From an uncultured Gemmatimonadales bacterium (GTDB lineage: Bacteria > Gemmatimonadota > Gemmatimonadetes > Longimicrobiales > RSA9), in assembly GCA_963783305.1 (NCBI GenBank), contig CAWAMW010000012.1, forward strand, positions 32,973 to 96,972: 64,000 nucleotides of DNA, in the 5' to 3' direction. Numbering within the stretch: the first letter of the stretch is position 1; each line of letters starts with the position of its first letter. The position numbers and the translations under genes were made by a program. Positions 9,581 through 19,821 of the stretch are shown here, in pieces. The notes beneath the pieces were generated by a model that was not told where the DNA came from, ran no database searches, and saw only the letters and a list, made by a program, of their open reading frames with translations.

Positions 9581-11007
9581 CAGCCGATCCCCTCCTCCAC
9601 GATGGCCTCTGCCGCCACCTCCTCGGCGAGCGCCTGGTCTCCGGTGAGAGCGGGCTTCTTCCAGCGGCCGAAGGCCATCCAGGCGGCGCCGGCGAGCGCG
9701 GAGAGGACGTACGAGGCCGGGTGGGCCCACCAGATGCCAGCCGCTCCCAGCGGAGTGCGGACCGACAGGATCCACGCGACCGGGAAGAGGAAGACCCAGA
9801 CGCTGAGGACGGTCATGACCAGGGCGAGCATGGTGTTGCCCGCGCCGCGGAACACGCCGCCGATGGTAATGGCGAAGCCGAGGAACCCGAACGACCAGGC
9901 CAGGATGCGGAGGAAGTGGGCGCCCTCGGCGACGACGGCGGCGTCGTCCTTGATGAACGCGGCCACGATGGGCTCGGCGAAGGGGAAGACGAGGGCCCCG
10001 GCGGCGCCGAGGACGAGGAAGGCGACGAGGAGGGAGAGGCGGGCGGTGGCATCGACGCGCTCGTCCTTGCCGGCACCCACGTTCTGTCCGACGAGGGTGG
10101 AGGTGGCCATGGCGAGGCCGAGGGCGGGGATCACGAAGAAGCTGAGAATCCGGCTGCCGATCCCGTAAGCGGCGATGGTGACGGTGGGGTACCCGGCGAC
10201 GAGGGTGGCCATGAGCGCGAAGCCGAGGCCGCGGGTCGTCTGTTCGAGGGCGGCGGGTCCGCCCAGGCGGAGCATGCGGCCGAGGAGGGGGAAGTCCGGG
10301 GCCAGGAGGTCGCGGACCCGGAGTCGTATGGCCTGCTTGCCGGAGAAGAGGAGCGCGAGCCCGATGATGGCGGCGATCCCCTGGGTCAGGACGGTGGCGG
10401 CCGCGGCGCCGGCGACGCCCATGGCGGGCACCGGTCCCCAGCCGAGGATGAAGAGCGGGTCGGCCGCGAAGTTGAGGAGGACGGTGACCAGGACGACGAC
10501 GAACGGTGTGACCACGTCACCGACCCCGCGCATGAGGGACTGGTAGACGAAGTAGATGAAGAGGAAGGCGAGGCCGAGGAAGGAGACCTCGAGGTAGGCC
10601 ACGGCTCCCTGGAGCACGGCCCCCCTTGCTCCCATGAGGGCCATGATGCTCCCTGCGCCGAAGTAGCCCACCACGCTCAGCACCACGGACACGGAAATGA
10701 TGGCCAGGAGCGTCTGGCCTGCCACGTGGTCCACCTGCGCCTGATCGCCGCGCCCCCGGTTCTGCGCCACGAGGATGGCCCCGGCCACGCTGAGCCCGCC
10801 GCCCAGGGAAATGAGGACGAAGATGACGGGGAAGGAGAGGCTGACGGCGGCCACGGCCTCCGCCCCGATCCGGCCCAGCCAGAACGTGTCGGTGAGCTGG
10901 TAGACGGTCTGGAGGACGTTGGCCAGCGAGATGGGGATGGCGAGGGCGAAGAGGGCGCCGATGATGGATCCCTCGGTGAGGTCGCGCCCGCCCGGGCCAC
11001 GCCTCAT
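9580..11007 (-). CDS. MATE family efflux transporter
   Basis: About 475 aa, polytopic. N-terminus SIIGALFALAIPISLANVLQTVYQLTDTFWLGRIG is typical of MatE. ATG 11007 overlaps the mazG stop (ATGA). Confidence 0.85.
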   Translation of the reverse strand: MRRGPGGRDLTEGSIIGALFALAIPISLANVLQTVYQLTDTFWLGRIGAEAVAAVSLSFPVIFVLISLGGGLSVAGAILVAQNRGRGDQAQVDHVAGQTLLAIISVSVVLSVVGYFGAGSIMALMGARGAVLQGAVAYLEVSFLGLAFLFIYFVYQSLMRGVGDVVTPFVVVLVTVLLNFAADPLFILGWGPVPAMGVAGAAAATVLTQGIAAIIGLALLFSGKQAIRLRVRDLLAPDFPLLGRMLRLGGPAALEQTTRGLGFALMATLVAGYPTVTIAAYGIGSRILSFFVIPALGLAMATSTLVGQNVGAGKDERVDATARLSLLVAFLVLGAAGALVFPFAEPIVAAFIKDDAAVVAEGAHFLRILAWSFGFLGFAITIGGVFRGAGNTMLALVMTVLSVWVFLFPVAWILSVRTPLGAAGIWWAHPASYVLSALAGAAWMAFGRWKKPALTGDQALAEEVAAEAIVEEGIG

Positions 11008-11825
11008 CCGGTGCTCTCCCGTTCCTCCCGCTTCACTTCCTGCCAGAGCGCTTCCATGGCGTCCAGCCCCGACGACTCCAGCACCATCCCGCGCTCCCGG
11101 GCCAGCCGCTCCAGCGCCTCGAAGCGGCGGGCGAACTTGGCGTTGGCGCCGTTCAGCGCCAGCAGGGCGTGGGCGCCGGCCAGCCGGCTCAGGTTGACGA
11201 CCGCGAAGAGCAGGTCCCCGAGCTCCTCCTCGAGCTCCTCTTCCGCCGCCGCCTGCGCGCCAGATCCGGACCCGCATCCCCGCAACGTGTCCATGGCCAG
11301 CCGCACTTCTTCCATCTCCTCGGCCACCTTGGCGAAGGCGCCGGTGGCATCGTCCCAGTCGAAGCCCACGGCGGCGACACGGTCCTGGATCCGGTGGGCC
11401 CGGCTGAGGGGATCGAGACCGCGGGGCACCCCCTCCAGCAGACTGCCGGGCGTGTCACCCGTGTCCTGGTTGCGCTCCTTTGCCTTCAGCGCCTCCCAGT
11501 CCTCCTGGTCACCGAGCCCGTAGAGGTGGGGGTGGCGACGGCGCATCTTCTCGACGACGGTGTCTGCCACCGTCTCGGCGTCGAATGCCGCGCGCTCCTC
11601 GCCAAGTACGAGCTGAAAGGCGACGTTCAGGAGGAGATCGCCGAGCTCGGAGCGGAGCGCGTCATCATCGGCAGCGGTGATGGCCTCGGCGGTCTCGTGG
11701 GCCTCCTCGAGGAGGTACGGTATGAGGGAGCGATGCGTCTGGGCGGCATCCCAGGGGCAGTGAGCCCGGAGGAACCGGACCAGGTCCATGACGCGGTCGA
11801 GGGCGTCTGATTGCTTGTCGTTCAC
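11004..11825 (-). CDS. mazG: Nucleoside triphosphate pyrophosphohydrolase MazG
   Basis: Tandem MazG domains (CPWDAAQTHRSL..YLLEEAHETAEAI; EELGDLLFAVVNLSR). GTG start. Confidence 0.85.
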   Translation of the reverse strand: MNDKQSDALDRVMDLVRFLRAHCPWDAAQTHRSLIPYLLEEAHETAEAITAADDDALRSELGDLLLNVAFQLVLGEERAAFDAETVADTVVEKMRRRHPHLYGLGDQEDWEALKAKERNQDTGDTPGSLLEGVPRGLDPLSRAHRIQDRVAAVGFDWDDATGAFAKVAEEMEEVRLAMDTLRGCGSGSGAQAAAEEELEEELGDLLFAVVNLSRLAGAHALLALNGANAKFARRFEALERLARERGMVLESSGLDAMEALWQEVKREERESTG

Positions 11826-11857
11826 GGGGCGTCTATACTATTCGATCTTTACGGGTT

Positions 11858-13012
11858 ATGGCAATCATAGACACGCGCGCATGGATCGAGGTGGACCTCG
11901 ACGCCCTGCGCGCGAATTACGAGACGGTGCGCCAGACGGTGGGCGCAGGCACGGTCATCGTGCCGATGGTGAAGGCGGACGCCTACGGAGTGGGCGCCGC
12001 CCGGGTCGTGCGCGCCCTGGAGCCGCTGGGACCGTGGGGGTACGGCGTGGCCACGGCGGTGGAGGGAGCATCGCTCCGGGCCTACGGCGTGACGCGACCC
12101 GTGCTGCTGGCGGGGCCGCTGCCGGGGGCCGATGTGCACGTGGCGGCCCGGGCGGGACTGACCGCTTCCATCTCGTCGCTCGACGGGCTGGACGCGTGGG
12201 TGGCGGCGGCACGGCGAGTGGGTGACCGACTGGACTTCCACGTCGACGTGGACACGGGCATGGGCCGGACCGGCTTCGACTGGCGGGAGCGCGAGAGCTG
12301 GGCGGCGGGGGTGCTCGAGCGATGCGGCGAGTGGGTGCGATGGACGGGCGTGTTCACGCATTTCCACAGCGCGGACGCGCCGGACCCCGCCAGCGCGAGC
12401 GTGCAGTGGGAACGTTTCGATCGCACCCTCGTACAACTCCCCGTGCCGCGGGAGACGCTGCTGGTACACGTGGCAAACAGTGCCGGGTCGCTCCGATTCC
12501 CGCAGTACGGAGCCGACGCGGTTCGCCCTGGCATTTTCCTGTATGGCGGCAACCCCGCGCCGGACGTGGCGGGAGTGCCGACGCCGGCGCCGGTGGTGAG
12601 CGTGCGCTCGCGGCTGGCGCACGTGCGCGACGTGCCGGCGGGGAGCACGGTCGGGTACGGTTCCACGTATGTGGCGGATCGCCCGGAGAAGTGGGGGACG
12701 GTGTCGGCGGGGTACGCGGACGGGATCCCGCGGATCCTCGGGAACCGGGGCCACGCGCTGGTGCGGGGTCGGAGGGTGCCGATGATCGGGCGGATCAGCA
12801 TGGATCTGATCACGGTGCGGCTGGACGGTGTTCCGGAGGCGGAGCGGGGGGACGTCGTGACGCTCATCGGGGCCGACGGCGCCGAGCGGATCACGGTGGA
12901 CGAGGTAGCGCAGCAGGCGGAGACGATCGGGTACGAGATCCTGGTGTCGGTCGGCAGCAGTCGGCTGCCCCGGGTCGAGCGAACGGAAGAGACGGAAGGC
13001 GAGAGAGCATAA
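11858..13012 (+). CDS. alr: Alanine racemase
   Basis: VPMVKADAYGVGA (PLP lysine) and GYADG..R signatures. Confidence 0.9.
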   Translation: MAIIDTRAWIEVDLDALRANYETVRQTVGAGTVIVPMVKADAYGVGAARVVRALEPLGPWGYGVATAVEGASLRAYGVTRPVLLAGPLPGADVHVAARAGLTASISSLDGLDAWVAAARRVGDRLDFHVDVDTGMGRTGFDWRERESWAAGVLERCGEWVRWTGVFTHFHSADAPDPASASVQWERFDRTLVQLPVPRETLLVHVANSAGSLRFPQYGADAVRPGIFLYGGNPAPDVAGVPTPAPVVSVRSRLAHVRDVPAGSTVGYGSTYVADRPEKWGTVSAGYADGIPRILGNRGHALVRGRRVPMIGRISMDLITVRLDGVPEAERGDVVTLIGADGAERITVDEVAQQAETIGYEILVSVGSSRLPRVERTEETEGERA

Positions 13013-14299
13013 ATGCGGCGGACACTGATCCACGGCCTCGTGCTGGCACTGGGCGCGGGTATGGCGGGCTGCACCGATGAGGTGCCGACGGCGGTCGGCG
13101 GCGACCTGATCGGGGTGGGATACAGGACGTATGAGGTGGTGCTGGACGCCGCGACGTTCCTGGAGGCGGACACCACGTACACCGGCCTCGGCAGCCTGAA
13201 CTTCGCGCCGTTCGGGCTGGCGGCGAACGCGTTCGGGGACGAGCTCTTCGCGCACACGCTCATCCGGATCCGGCGTCCGACGCAGGTGACCTACCAGAAG
13301 GACGGGGCGACCGTCACCGACACCGCGTTCACGGTCGTGGGCGGAACGCTCACAGTGATCGTGGACAGCCTGTCGGAGTCGTCCGGCCCGGTGGACCTCG
13401 AGCTGCTGGAAGTGACCGAGAGCTGGGACGCCAGCACGGTGACGTGGGAGGAGCGCTTCGACACCGCGGGCGTGAGCGAGCCATGGCAGGAGCCGGGCGG
13501 GAGCACCGACGCGCTGCTGGGGAAGAGCCTCGGCCTGAGCGGGGATACCCTCCGGCTCGTGCTGGACTCGGCGGCCGCCGCGGTCTGGGGCGATTCCGTG
13601 TCCGCGTTCAATGGCGGTCTTATCCGGATGGCGACGGTGGGGGCTCGGATCCGGATGGAGTCCGTACAGTTCGCGTTCGATGTTCGTCCCGAGGGTGCGG
13701 ACACCGTCGTCACCGGGGGGAGCATCAACAGCCGGGCGATCGTGGCGACACCGGAGCCCTCCGCGGCGCCCCAGTCGGAGATCCGCGTAGGCGGAGTCCC
13801 CGTCTGGCGAACGGTGCTGAACTTCCGGCCGATGGACGAGATCATGATCCCGTGCGCCCCGGGCAGCGGGACGTGCGAGCCGGTCGCGCTTTCGAAGGTG
13901 GAGGTGAATCTGGCGGCGCTGCTCCTCGAGCCGGTGCAGGTTCTCGCTCGCCGGATCGAGAAGCCGCTCGGAATCGAAGGCCGAGCGGTGCTGCGGGCGC
14001 CCGGCGTCCCTGTAACGCGGTCGGCGCTGAGCCCCGTCATCGGGGGCACTCCCACGGGCATCGATCCCGACCTCTTCACGGCGGACCCGGAAGAGCCAGG
14101 ACGGGTGGCGATCCCCATCACCGCGTACGTACGCCAGAACCTGGATCCCCCCGGCGACGGGGACCCGGTGCTGTGGCTGGCGCTCCTCGCTCAGCTGGAG
14201 CAGGTCGCGCCGCTCTTCGGCTACGCAGCCTTCGCATCGATCGAGTCCGACAACCCACCACAGCTGCGGCTCGTGGTGACGGTTCCGACGCAGGAGTGA
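13013..14299 (+). CDS. Hypothetical lipoprotein
   Basis: Lipobox GAGMAGC. No catalytic motif recognised. The ATG immediately follows the alr stop. Confidence 0.6.
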   Translation: MRRTLIHGLVLALGAGMAGCTDEVPTAVGGDLIGVGYRTYEVVLDAATFLEADTTYTGLGSLNFAPFGLAANAFGDELFAHTLIRIRRPTQVTYQKDGATVTDTAFTVVGGTLTVIVDSLSESSGPVDLELLEVTESWDASTVTWEERFDTAGVSEPWQEPGGSTDALLGKSLGLSGDTLRLVLDSAAAAVWGDSVSAFNGGLIRMATVGARIRMESVQFAFDVRPEGADTVVTGGSINSRAIVATPEPSAAPQSEIRVGGVPVWRTVLNFRPMDEIMIPCAPGSGTCEPVALSKVEVNLAALLLEPVQVLARRIEKPLGIEGRAVLRAPGVPVTRSALSPVIGGTPTGIDPDLFTADPEEPGRVAIPITAYVRQNLDPPGDGDPVLWLALLAQLEQVAPLFGYAAFASIESDNPPQLRLVVTVPTQE

Positions 14300-14303
14300 C
14301 GCA

Positions 14304-15518
14304 GTGATCCTTTCGCAACACATCCGACTCGCGGCTCTGGCCGCGGTGGTGGGGCTCCTGCCGGCGATGCCGGCGACGGGGCAGTCGCTCACATCGATCC
14401 GTGGACTCGGCTATCCCATGATGGCCACGGATGCGCGCACCGAGGCGCTGGGCGGCCTCGGTCTCGGGTTGAAGGGGCTCTCATCGCCGCTGACGAATCC
14501 CGCGTCCGCGGCGGGTGTGCTGCGGCCTGGTGCCGTGGTGGCCGTGACGGCGGTGGAGCAGACCGCGGCCATTGGAGGCGAGGACGCCAGCTTCGGCGCG
14601 ACCCGTTTCCCGCTGATCCGTGCGTATTACCCCATGAATGGCGTGGTCCTGACCGCCGGGTACGGCGGCTACCTCGACCAGTCGTGGGGCGTGGAACGAA
14701 CGGGCGTGCAGGACGCCGGGGGAACCACGGTGGCGTTCCGGGACTTCGTGCGGTCGGTGGGCGGGATCGGGCAGTTCCAGCTGGGGGCGGCGGTGCCGAT
14801 CGGGGCCCGGCTGGCGCTGGGAGGCGCCGTAGGGGCGTACACCGGCGACCAGCGGCTCCAGTTCCAGCGGCTGTTCGACAGCACTTCTCTGGGTCCGCTG
14901 GAGCGATTCTCGGAGACCCGTACCGTGAAGTACTTCGCCCCGATGGCCCAGGTGGGGGTGCGCTGGGACCCCGCCCCGATGCTGCGTGTCGGAGCGAGCT
15001 TCACGTGGGCGGGCACGCTGAGCGCCGACTCGGCATCCGGACCCGCCGTGAGCCGGGAATACGACCTCCCACTTCAGGCGGCGGCGGGTGCGAGCGCGTA
15101 CCTGTCGCCGGGGCTGCTGGCGACCGTCTCCGGCCGGTGGAGCGGGTGGAGCTCCGTGGGCGGTGTCCCGGGGACGGCGCTGCAGGGCGGCGCTGTCGCA
15201 GCCGGGCATGACACGTGGGAGGTGGGCGGCGGGCTGGAGCTGGACAACCCGGCGAGCCGCGCGGTGCGGAGCTTCCCCATCCGCGTGGGCGCCCAGTACC
15301 GGCAGCTGCCGTTCACCTTCAGCAACGAGCTACCGACCGAATGGTTCATCGGCGGCGGGGTCGGCATGCGTATCGGCGCCACGCCAGAGAATCCGCTCGT
15401 GCGGGCGGACCTGACGGTGCAGCGGGGAGAGCGGACCGCTCTCATCGACGGTACCACCGACGAGCTTACCGAAAGCGCCTGGCGCTTCTCGCTCTCGCTG
15501 TCAGTGTTCGGAAATTGA
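14304..15518 (+). CDS. Putative outer-membrane beta-barrel protein (FadL/porin-like)
   Basis: Signal peptide ending MPATGQS, alternating Gly/aromatic strands, C-terminal ...LSLSVFGN. GTG start 7 nt after CAGGAG. Confidence 0.55.
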   Translation: MILSQHIRLAALAAVVGLLPAMPATGQSLTSIRGLGYPMMATDARTEALGGLGLGLKGLSSPLTNPASAAGVLRPGAVVAVTAVEQTAAIGGEDASFGATRFPLIRAYYPMNGVVLTAGYGGYLDQSWGVERTGVQDAGGTTVAFRDFVRSVGGIGQFQLGAAVPIGARLALGGAVGAYTGDQRLQFQRLFDSTSLGPLERFSETRTVKYFAPMAQVGVRWDPAPMLRVGASFTWAGTLSADSASGPAVSREYDLPLQAAAGASAYLSPGLLATVSGRWSGWSSVGGVPGTALQGGAVAAGHDTWEVGGGLELDNPASRAVRSFPIRVGAQYRQLPFTFSNELPTEWFIGGGVGMRIGATPENPLVRADLTVQRGERTALIDGTTDELTESAWRFSLSLSVFGN

Positions 15519-15529
15519 CCCGATCCAAC

Positions 15530-17026
15530 ATGGTGATGCCCCCGGAGCGCGATCATCGTCGTCGCAAGGCATACGTCGAGACGTACGGCTGCCAGATGAA
15601 CATCAGCGATGGCGAGCTGATGGCGGGGATACTGGCGTCCAGCGGGTACGCGGTGGCGGGGTCGCCGGAGGAGGCGGACGTGATCCTGGTGAACACGTGC
15701 GCGATCCGTGAGCACGCGGAGCAGCGCGTGCTCGGCCGTGTGGGGGAGCTGAACCGCCTGAAGAAGGCGAACCCGGAGCTGGTGCTCGGCGTCACGGGCT
15801 GCATGGCGCAGCGACTGGGAGAAGAGCTGCTGGAGCGGGCGCCCTACGTGGACCTGGTGATGGGGCCGGACGGCTATCGCAAGCTTCCCGAGACCCTGGC
15901 GGCGCTGCGACCGGGCGCACCGGTGGTGGTGGGCGCGGCGGAGAAATCCCCTGCCTCCGGGGAGACCGGTGCGGGGTCGCGGTCGGAGCTGCCGGTGCTC
16001 TCGTCCGAACTGGTGGAGCAGGCGAGTGCGGCGGCGCAGGGTGGGGATCCGAAGCGGCTGGCGGTCCTCGGCTTCGAGCCGCACGAGAACTACGAGGGTC
16101 TGGAAGTTCGTCGCACGGCGGAGGTGAGCGCGTGGGTACCCGTCCAGCGAGGCTGCAACTACCGGTGTACGTACTGCATCGTGCCGTACGTGCGGGGCTC
16201 GGAGAAGAACCGGGCGCCGGAGCAGGTGCTGGACGAGGTGCGGCGGATCGCCGCGTCGGGCGTTTCGGAGGTGACGCTGCTGGGGCAGACGGTGAACTCC
16301 TACCAGCACGGGGACTGGCCGTTCCCGCGTCTGCTTCGCGCCGTGGCCCGGGTGGACGGAATCCGGCGTGTGAGGTTCACGTCGCCGCACCCCAACGACG
16401 TGAGTCCGGAGCTGATCGCCGTCATGGCGGAGGAACCGGCGGTCTGCCGTCAGCTGCACCTCCCGGTGCAGTCGGGGTCGGACCGGGTGCTGAAGCGGAT
16501 GGTGAGACGTTACACCGTGGAGCGGTTCATGGCGATCGTCGAGGAGCTCCGTTCGGCGGTGCCGGACCTGGCCCTGTCGACGGATGTGATCGTGGCCTTC
16601 CCGGGGGAGACAGAGGCGGAATACCAGGCGACGCTGGACCTCATGCGGGAGGTGCGGTTCGATGACGCGTACCTCTACCGCTACTCGCCCCGCGATGGGA
16701 CGCCGGCGACACGGCTACCGGAAGCGGAATTCGTCCCGGACGCGGTGGGGCAGGGGCGGCTGGAGGGGCTCATCTCGGTGCACCGCTCGATCCAGGCGGA
16801 GATCAACCGGTCGGAGGTGGGCCGGGTGGAGGAAGTCCTGGTGGAGCGCGTGGCGAAGAGCGCCGGAGACATGCTGGGCCGGACCGAGCGCAACAAGGTG
16901 GTGGCGTTCCCCGGCGACCCGTCGCTCGTCGGCTCCTACGCCCATGTCCGGCTCGAGGACACGACGGGTGCCACGTTCATGGGCCGCCGGACCAGCGGGA
17001 ACGCGGAGGGCGCCCGGGTGGCCTGA
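15530..17026 (+). CDS. miaB: tRNA-2-methylthio-N6-dimethylallyladenosine synthase MiaB
   Basis: UPF0004 N-terminus YVETYGCQMN, radical-SAM CNYRCTYCIVP, C-terminal TRAM domain. The ORF-track start 15215 overlaps the upstream gene. Confidence 0.9.
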   Translation: MVMPPERDHRRRKAYVETYGCQMNISDGELMAGILASSGYAVAGSPEEADVILVNTCAIREHAEQRVLGRVGELNRLKKANPELVLGVTGCMAQRLGEELLERAPYVDLVMGPDGYRKLPETLAALRPGAPVVVGAAEKSPASGETGAGSRSELPVLSSELVEQASAAAQGGDPKRLAVLGFEPHENYEGLEVRRTAEVSAWVPVQRGCNYRCTYCIVPYVRGSEKNRAPEQVLDEVRRIAASGVSEVTLLGQTVNSYQHGDWPFPRLLRAVARVDGIRRVRFTSPHPNDVSPELIAVMAEEPAVCRQLHLPVQSGSDRVLKRMVRRYTVERFMAIVEELRSAVPDLALSTDVIVAFPGETEAEYQATLDLMREVRFDDAYLYRYSPRDGTPATRLPEAEFVPDAVGQGRLEGLISVHRSIQAEINRSEVGRVEEVLVERVAKSAGDMLGRTERNKVVAFPGDPSLVGSYAHVRLEDTTGATFMGRRTSGNAEGARVA

Positions 17027-17060
17027 GTCGGTGCTCGCCCCCGCCCGCAGGACGGGCTGA

Positions 17061-19433
17061 GTGCGGGCGCCGCTCGTCACGACCGTGGCGGTTTTCGCAG
17101 CCGGCATCGCGCTGGGCCTGCAGCGTCCCATCCCCACCGGGGGTGGGACGCTTTGCATCATGGCCGCGATGGCCGGGCTGGCAGCGCTCTGGCTCCTGGG
17201 TGCTCGGGCGACTCTGGTCGTGCTGCTGCTGGCCGGCGGCCTGCTCGGCACCGCGACCCGCACCGCCGCCTCGCGCTCCTGCGCCAGCTGGATCCCCGAC
17301 GACACGCCGCTGGAGGTTGTGGGGGTGGTGCGGCGGGTGGGGGCGCCGGGGGCCGCGGGAACCGATCGACTGCGCCTCCGGATCGACAGCGCGGGAGTGG
17401 CCGGCGGGCCGCGGGGCGCGCGGGGGGTGCCGCTGCTGGCGTGTGCGGCCGAGGTGCCGGCGCGGTGGGAGGGCGGAGTACAGGCGGGTTTGCGCGTGCG
17501 AGCGAGGGGGCGCTGGTGGAGCCCGCCCGGGTCCCGGTCGGGTTTGACCCGCCCGGGTACTCTCCTCCTGGACACGCTGGTCGTGTTGCCGGGAAGGGTG
17601 AAGCGGCGGCCCGGCGCAGTGCTCCGGGGGGCGGGGCTGGCGCGAATCGAAGCGGTGTTCCCGCGGCACGCCGCACTGGTGTCATCGCTGCTCCTGGCCC
17701 GGCGGGATGGGCTCGACAGGGAGGTGCGCGACCGGTATGCCCGTGCGGGCCTCAGCCATCTCCTGGCGATCTCGGGTCTTCACGTCGGCCTGGTCGCGGG
17801 GATCCTGCTGCTGGCGGCGCGGGCATTACGCATCGGGAGAGTGAGGGCGCCCGTCGTCGCGGCGGCGGGGACGGTGGCGTACGTGGCGCTGCTGGGAGCG
17901 CCCGATTCCGCCGCGCGGGCCGCGCTCCAGATCGTACTGGTACTCGCCGCCCGCGCGCTCCAGAGGCCCACGCGGACGGAGGCGCTCATCGCGGCCGCGG
18001 CGTTGGCGCTCCTGGCCATCGATCCCGGCGCGCTCGCCCGGCCGGGCTTTCAGCTGTCGTTCGCCGGCGTTGCGGGGATCCTGGCGCTGCGCCGCCCACT
18101 CCTCGCCCGGCTCGCCCCTCTGGCGAAGGCAGCGATCGGGGGCAGGGTGAGCGCCCGGCCGTTGGGGCGATGGCTCGCGGACGGCGTTGCCACCAGCGTG
18201 GCTGCGACGGTGGCGACCGCGCCGATCGTGGCGTGGCACTTCGGAAGGGTCGCGCCGGTGGGGGTGGTGGCCAACCTGATCGCGATCCCCCTGCTGACCG
18301 CCGCCGTGCCGGCGCTGGCGCTGGCGCTGGCGGCGGGCACACTGTGGCTCCCCGCGGGTCGGTTCCTCGCCGGTGGGGGAGAGCTGCTCCTGGACATGCT
18401 GGACCGCACCGCGGCCGTGGCCGCGGGGCTACCGTATGCGACGGTGGCGGTGGTGCCCGGGTCCGCCTTCGTGCTGACGGCGGCCGTGGCGGCCGGGTAT
18501 GCGGGATCGCGCCGTCTGGGCAGCGTGCGGCCCGCGGTGCGGGGGGTGGTGTGGGCATCGGCGGCGGCCGCGGTCCTGATGGTGGCGCCGCTGCGAGCCG
18601 CCGGGGACCGCGTGGAGATCCACCTCATAGACGTCGGGCAGGGCGACGCTATCGGGATCCGCTCGCCCGGCGGCCGCTGGGTGGTGGTGGACGCCGGTCT
18701 CGCACGAAACGACTACGACGCGGGCGAGACACGGGTGGTGCCGTATCTGCGCGCGAGAGGCGCGCATCGGATCGAGGGGCTGGTGGTGACGCACGCCGAC
18801 GCCGACCACATCGGCGGCGCGGGGGCGGTCCTGCGATCACTGCGCCCTCGGTGGGCGGGCGGACCGGCGGTGGTGGTGGGAAAGCCGCAGTACCTGGCGC
18901 TGCTGCATCAGGCCCGGTCGGCGTCGGTGCCGTGGGTCGCGGTGCGACAAGGAATGGAGCTGACGGTCGATGGCATGACCCTGAGCTTCCTCTTCCCGGG
19001 CGGCGGCGACGTGGACGTGGAGGACGCCAACGACGCGAGCGTGGTGCTGCGGGTCGCATACGGCGAGTTCGCGGCGCTGCTCACTGGGGACGCCCCGGCC
19101 CGCGTCGAGGTGGCACTGGTGGAGCGGCTCGGGACGGGGCTGGACGCAGACGTGCTGAAGGTGGGGCATCACGGGAGCAGCACGTCCACCACGCCCGCTC
19201 TGCTCACGGCGACCGGGGCGGGCACCGCGCTCATATCCGCGGGGCGCGGGAATCGCTATGGTCATCCGCACGCCGACGTGCTGGCACGACTCCAGCAACG
19301 GGGGGTTCGAGTGTACCGAACGGATCGGCACGGCACCGTGGTGGTGCGCGCGGGGGCCGATGGCGTGCTGCGGGTAGAGACGGAGCGCGTGTCGGGACCG
19401 GGGTCGGGAAGCGGACCGGGGTCTGGAAGCTGA
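17061..19433 (+). CDS. comEC: DNA internalization-related competence protein ComEC/Rec2
   Basis: Polytopic competence domain (LAISGLHVG) plus C-terminal metallo-beta-lactamase domain (VVTHADADHIGG, VLKVGHHGSS). Ends in a GPGSGS repeat. Confidence 0.85.
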   Translation: MRAPLVTTVAVFAAGIALGLQRPIPTGGGTLCIMAAMAGLAALWLLGARATLVVLLLAGGLLGTATRTAASRSCASWIPDDTPLEVVGVVRRVGAPGAAGTDRLRLRIDSAGVAGGPRGARGVPLLACAAEVPARWEGGVQAGLRVRARGRWWSPPGSRSGLTRPGTLLLDTLVVLPGRVKRRPGAVLRGAGLARIEAVFPRHAALVSSLLLARRDGLDREVRDRYARAGLSHLLAISGLHVGLVAGILLLAARALRIGRVRAPVVAAAGTVAYVALLGAPDSAARAALQIVLVLAARALQRPTRTEALIAAAALALLAIDPGALARPGFQLSFAGVAGILALRRPLLARLAPLAKAAIGGRVSARPLGRWLADGVATSVAATVATAPIVAWHFGRVAPVGVVANLIAIPLLTAAVPALALALAAGTLWLPAGRFLAGGGELLLDMLDRTAAVAAGLPYATVAVVPGSAFVLTAAVAAGYAGSRRLGSVRPAVRGVVWASAAAAVLMVAPLRAAGDRVEIHLIDVGQGDAIGIRSPGGRWVVVDAGLARNDYDAGETRVVPYLRARGAHRIEGLVVTHADADHIGGAGAVLRSLRPRWAGGPAVVVGKPQYLALLHQARSASVPWVAVRQGMELTVDGMTLSFLFPGGGDVDVEDANDASVVLRVAYGEFAALLTGDAPARVEVALVERLGTGLDADVLKVGHHGSSTSTTPALLTATGAGTALISAGRGNRYGHPHADVLARLQQRGVRVYRTDRHGTVVVRAGADGVLRVETERVSGPGSGSGPGSGS

Positions 19434-19446
19434 CGGGAGTCGTGGC

Positions 19447-19821
19447 ATGATCGGCATGATCAGTACGGCCGCTCGCCTGCTGGGCGGCGCGAAAGTGGAG
19501 ACGCCCCTGTCTCTCCCGAAGGGGGTGGAGGTACGCCGGGCGCGCCTGGTTCCGCGTGTTGCGGGCTGGCTGGCGGGAATGGATGGCCCCGCCGCGGCCG
19601 TCACGCTGGGTCGGGTGATCCTGGTGGGACCCACCGTGAGACCGAGCGAGCGGCTCCTGCGACACGAGCTGGCCCACGTCGCGCAGTGGGAGCGTCAGCC
19701 GCGCGCCTTTCCTTTCCGGTACATTGCTGCCCATATTCGGCAGGGATATCGGGATAACGCGTACGAGGCCGAGGCTCGGGCAGCCGAGAGCGGGCGAAGC
19801 GAATCGGGAGAAGGGGAATGA
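19447..19821 (+). CDS. Small HExxH protein resembling the DUF4157 zinc-metallopeptidase-like domain
   Basis: AAVTLGRVILVGPTV..SERLLRHELAHVAQWE. The stop overlaps the fbp ATG (ATGA). Confidence 0.55.
   Translation: MIGMISTAARLLGGAKVETPLSLPKGVEVRRARLVPRVAGWLAGMDGPAAAVTLGRVILVGPTVRPSERLLRHELAHVAQWERQPRAFPFRYIAAHIRQGYRDNAYEAEARAAESGRSESGEGE

Noticed and set aside
19393-19433. 18-nt tandem duplication (GGACCGGGGTCKGGAAGC x2) at the comEC 3' end.
   Set aside because: It only encodes a short GPGSGS low-complexity tail, and there is no evidence of function.
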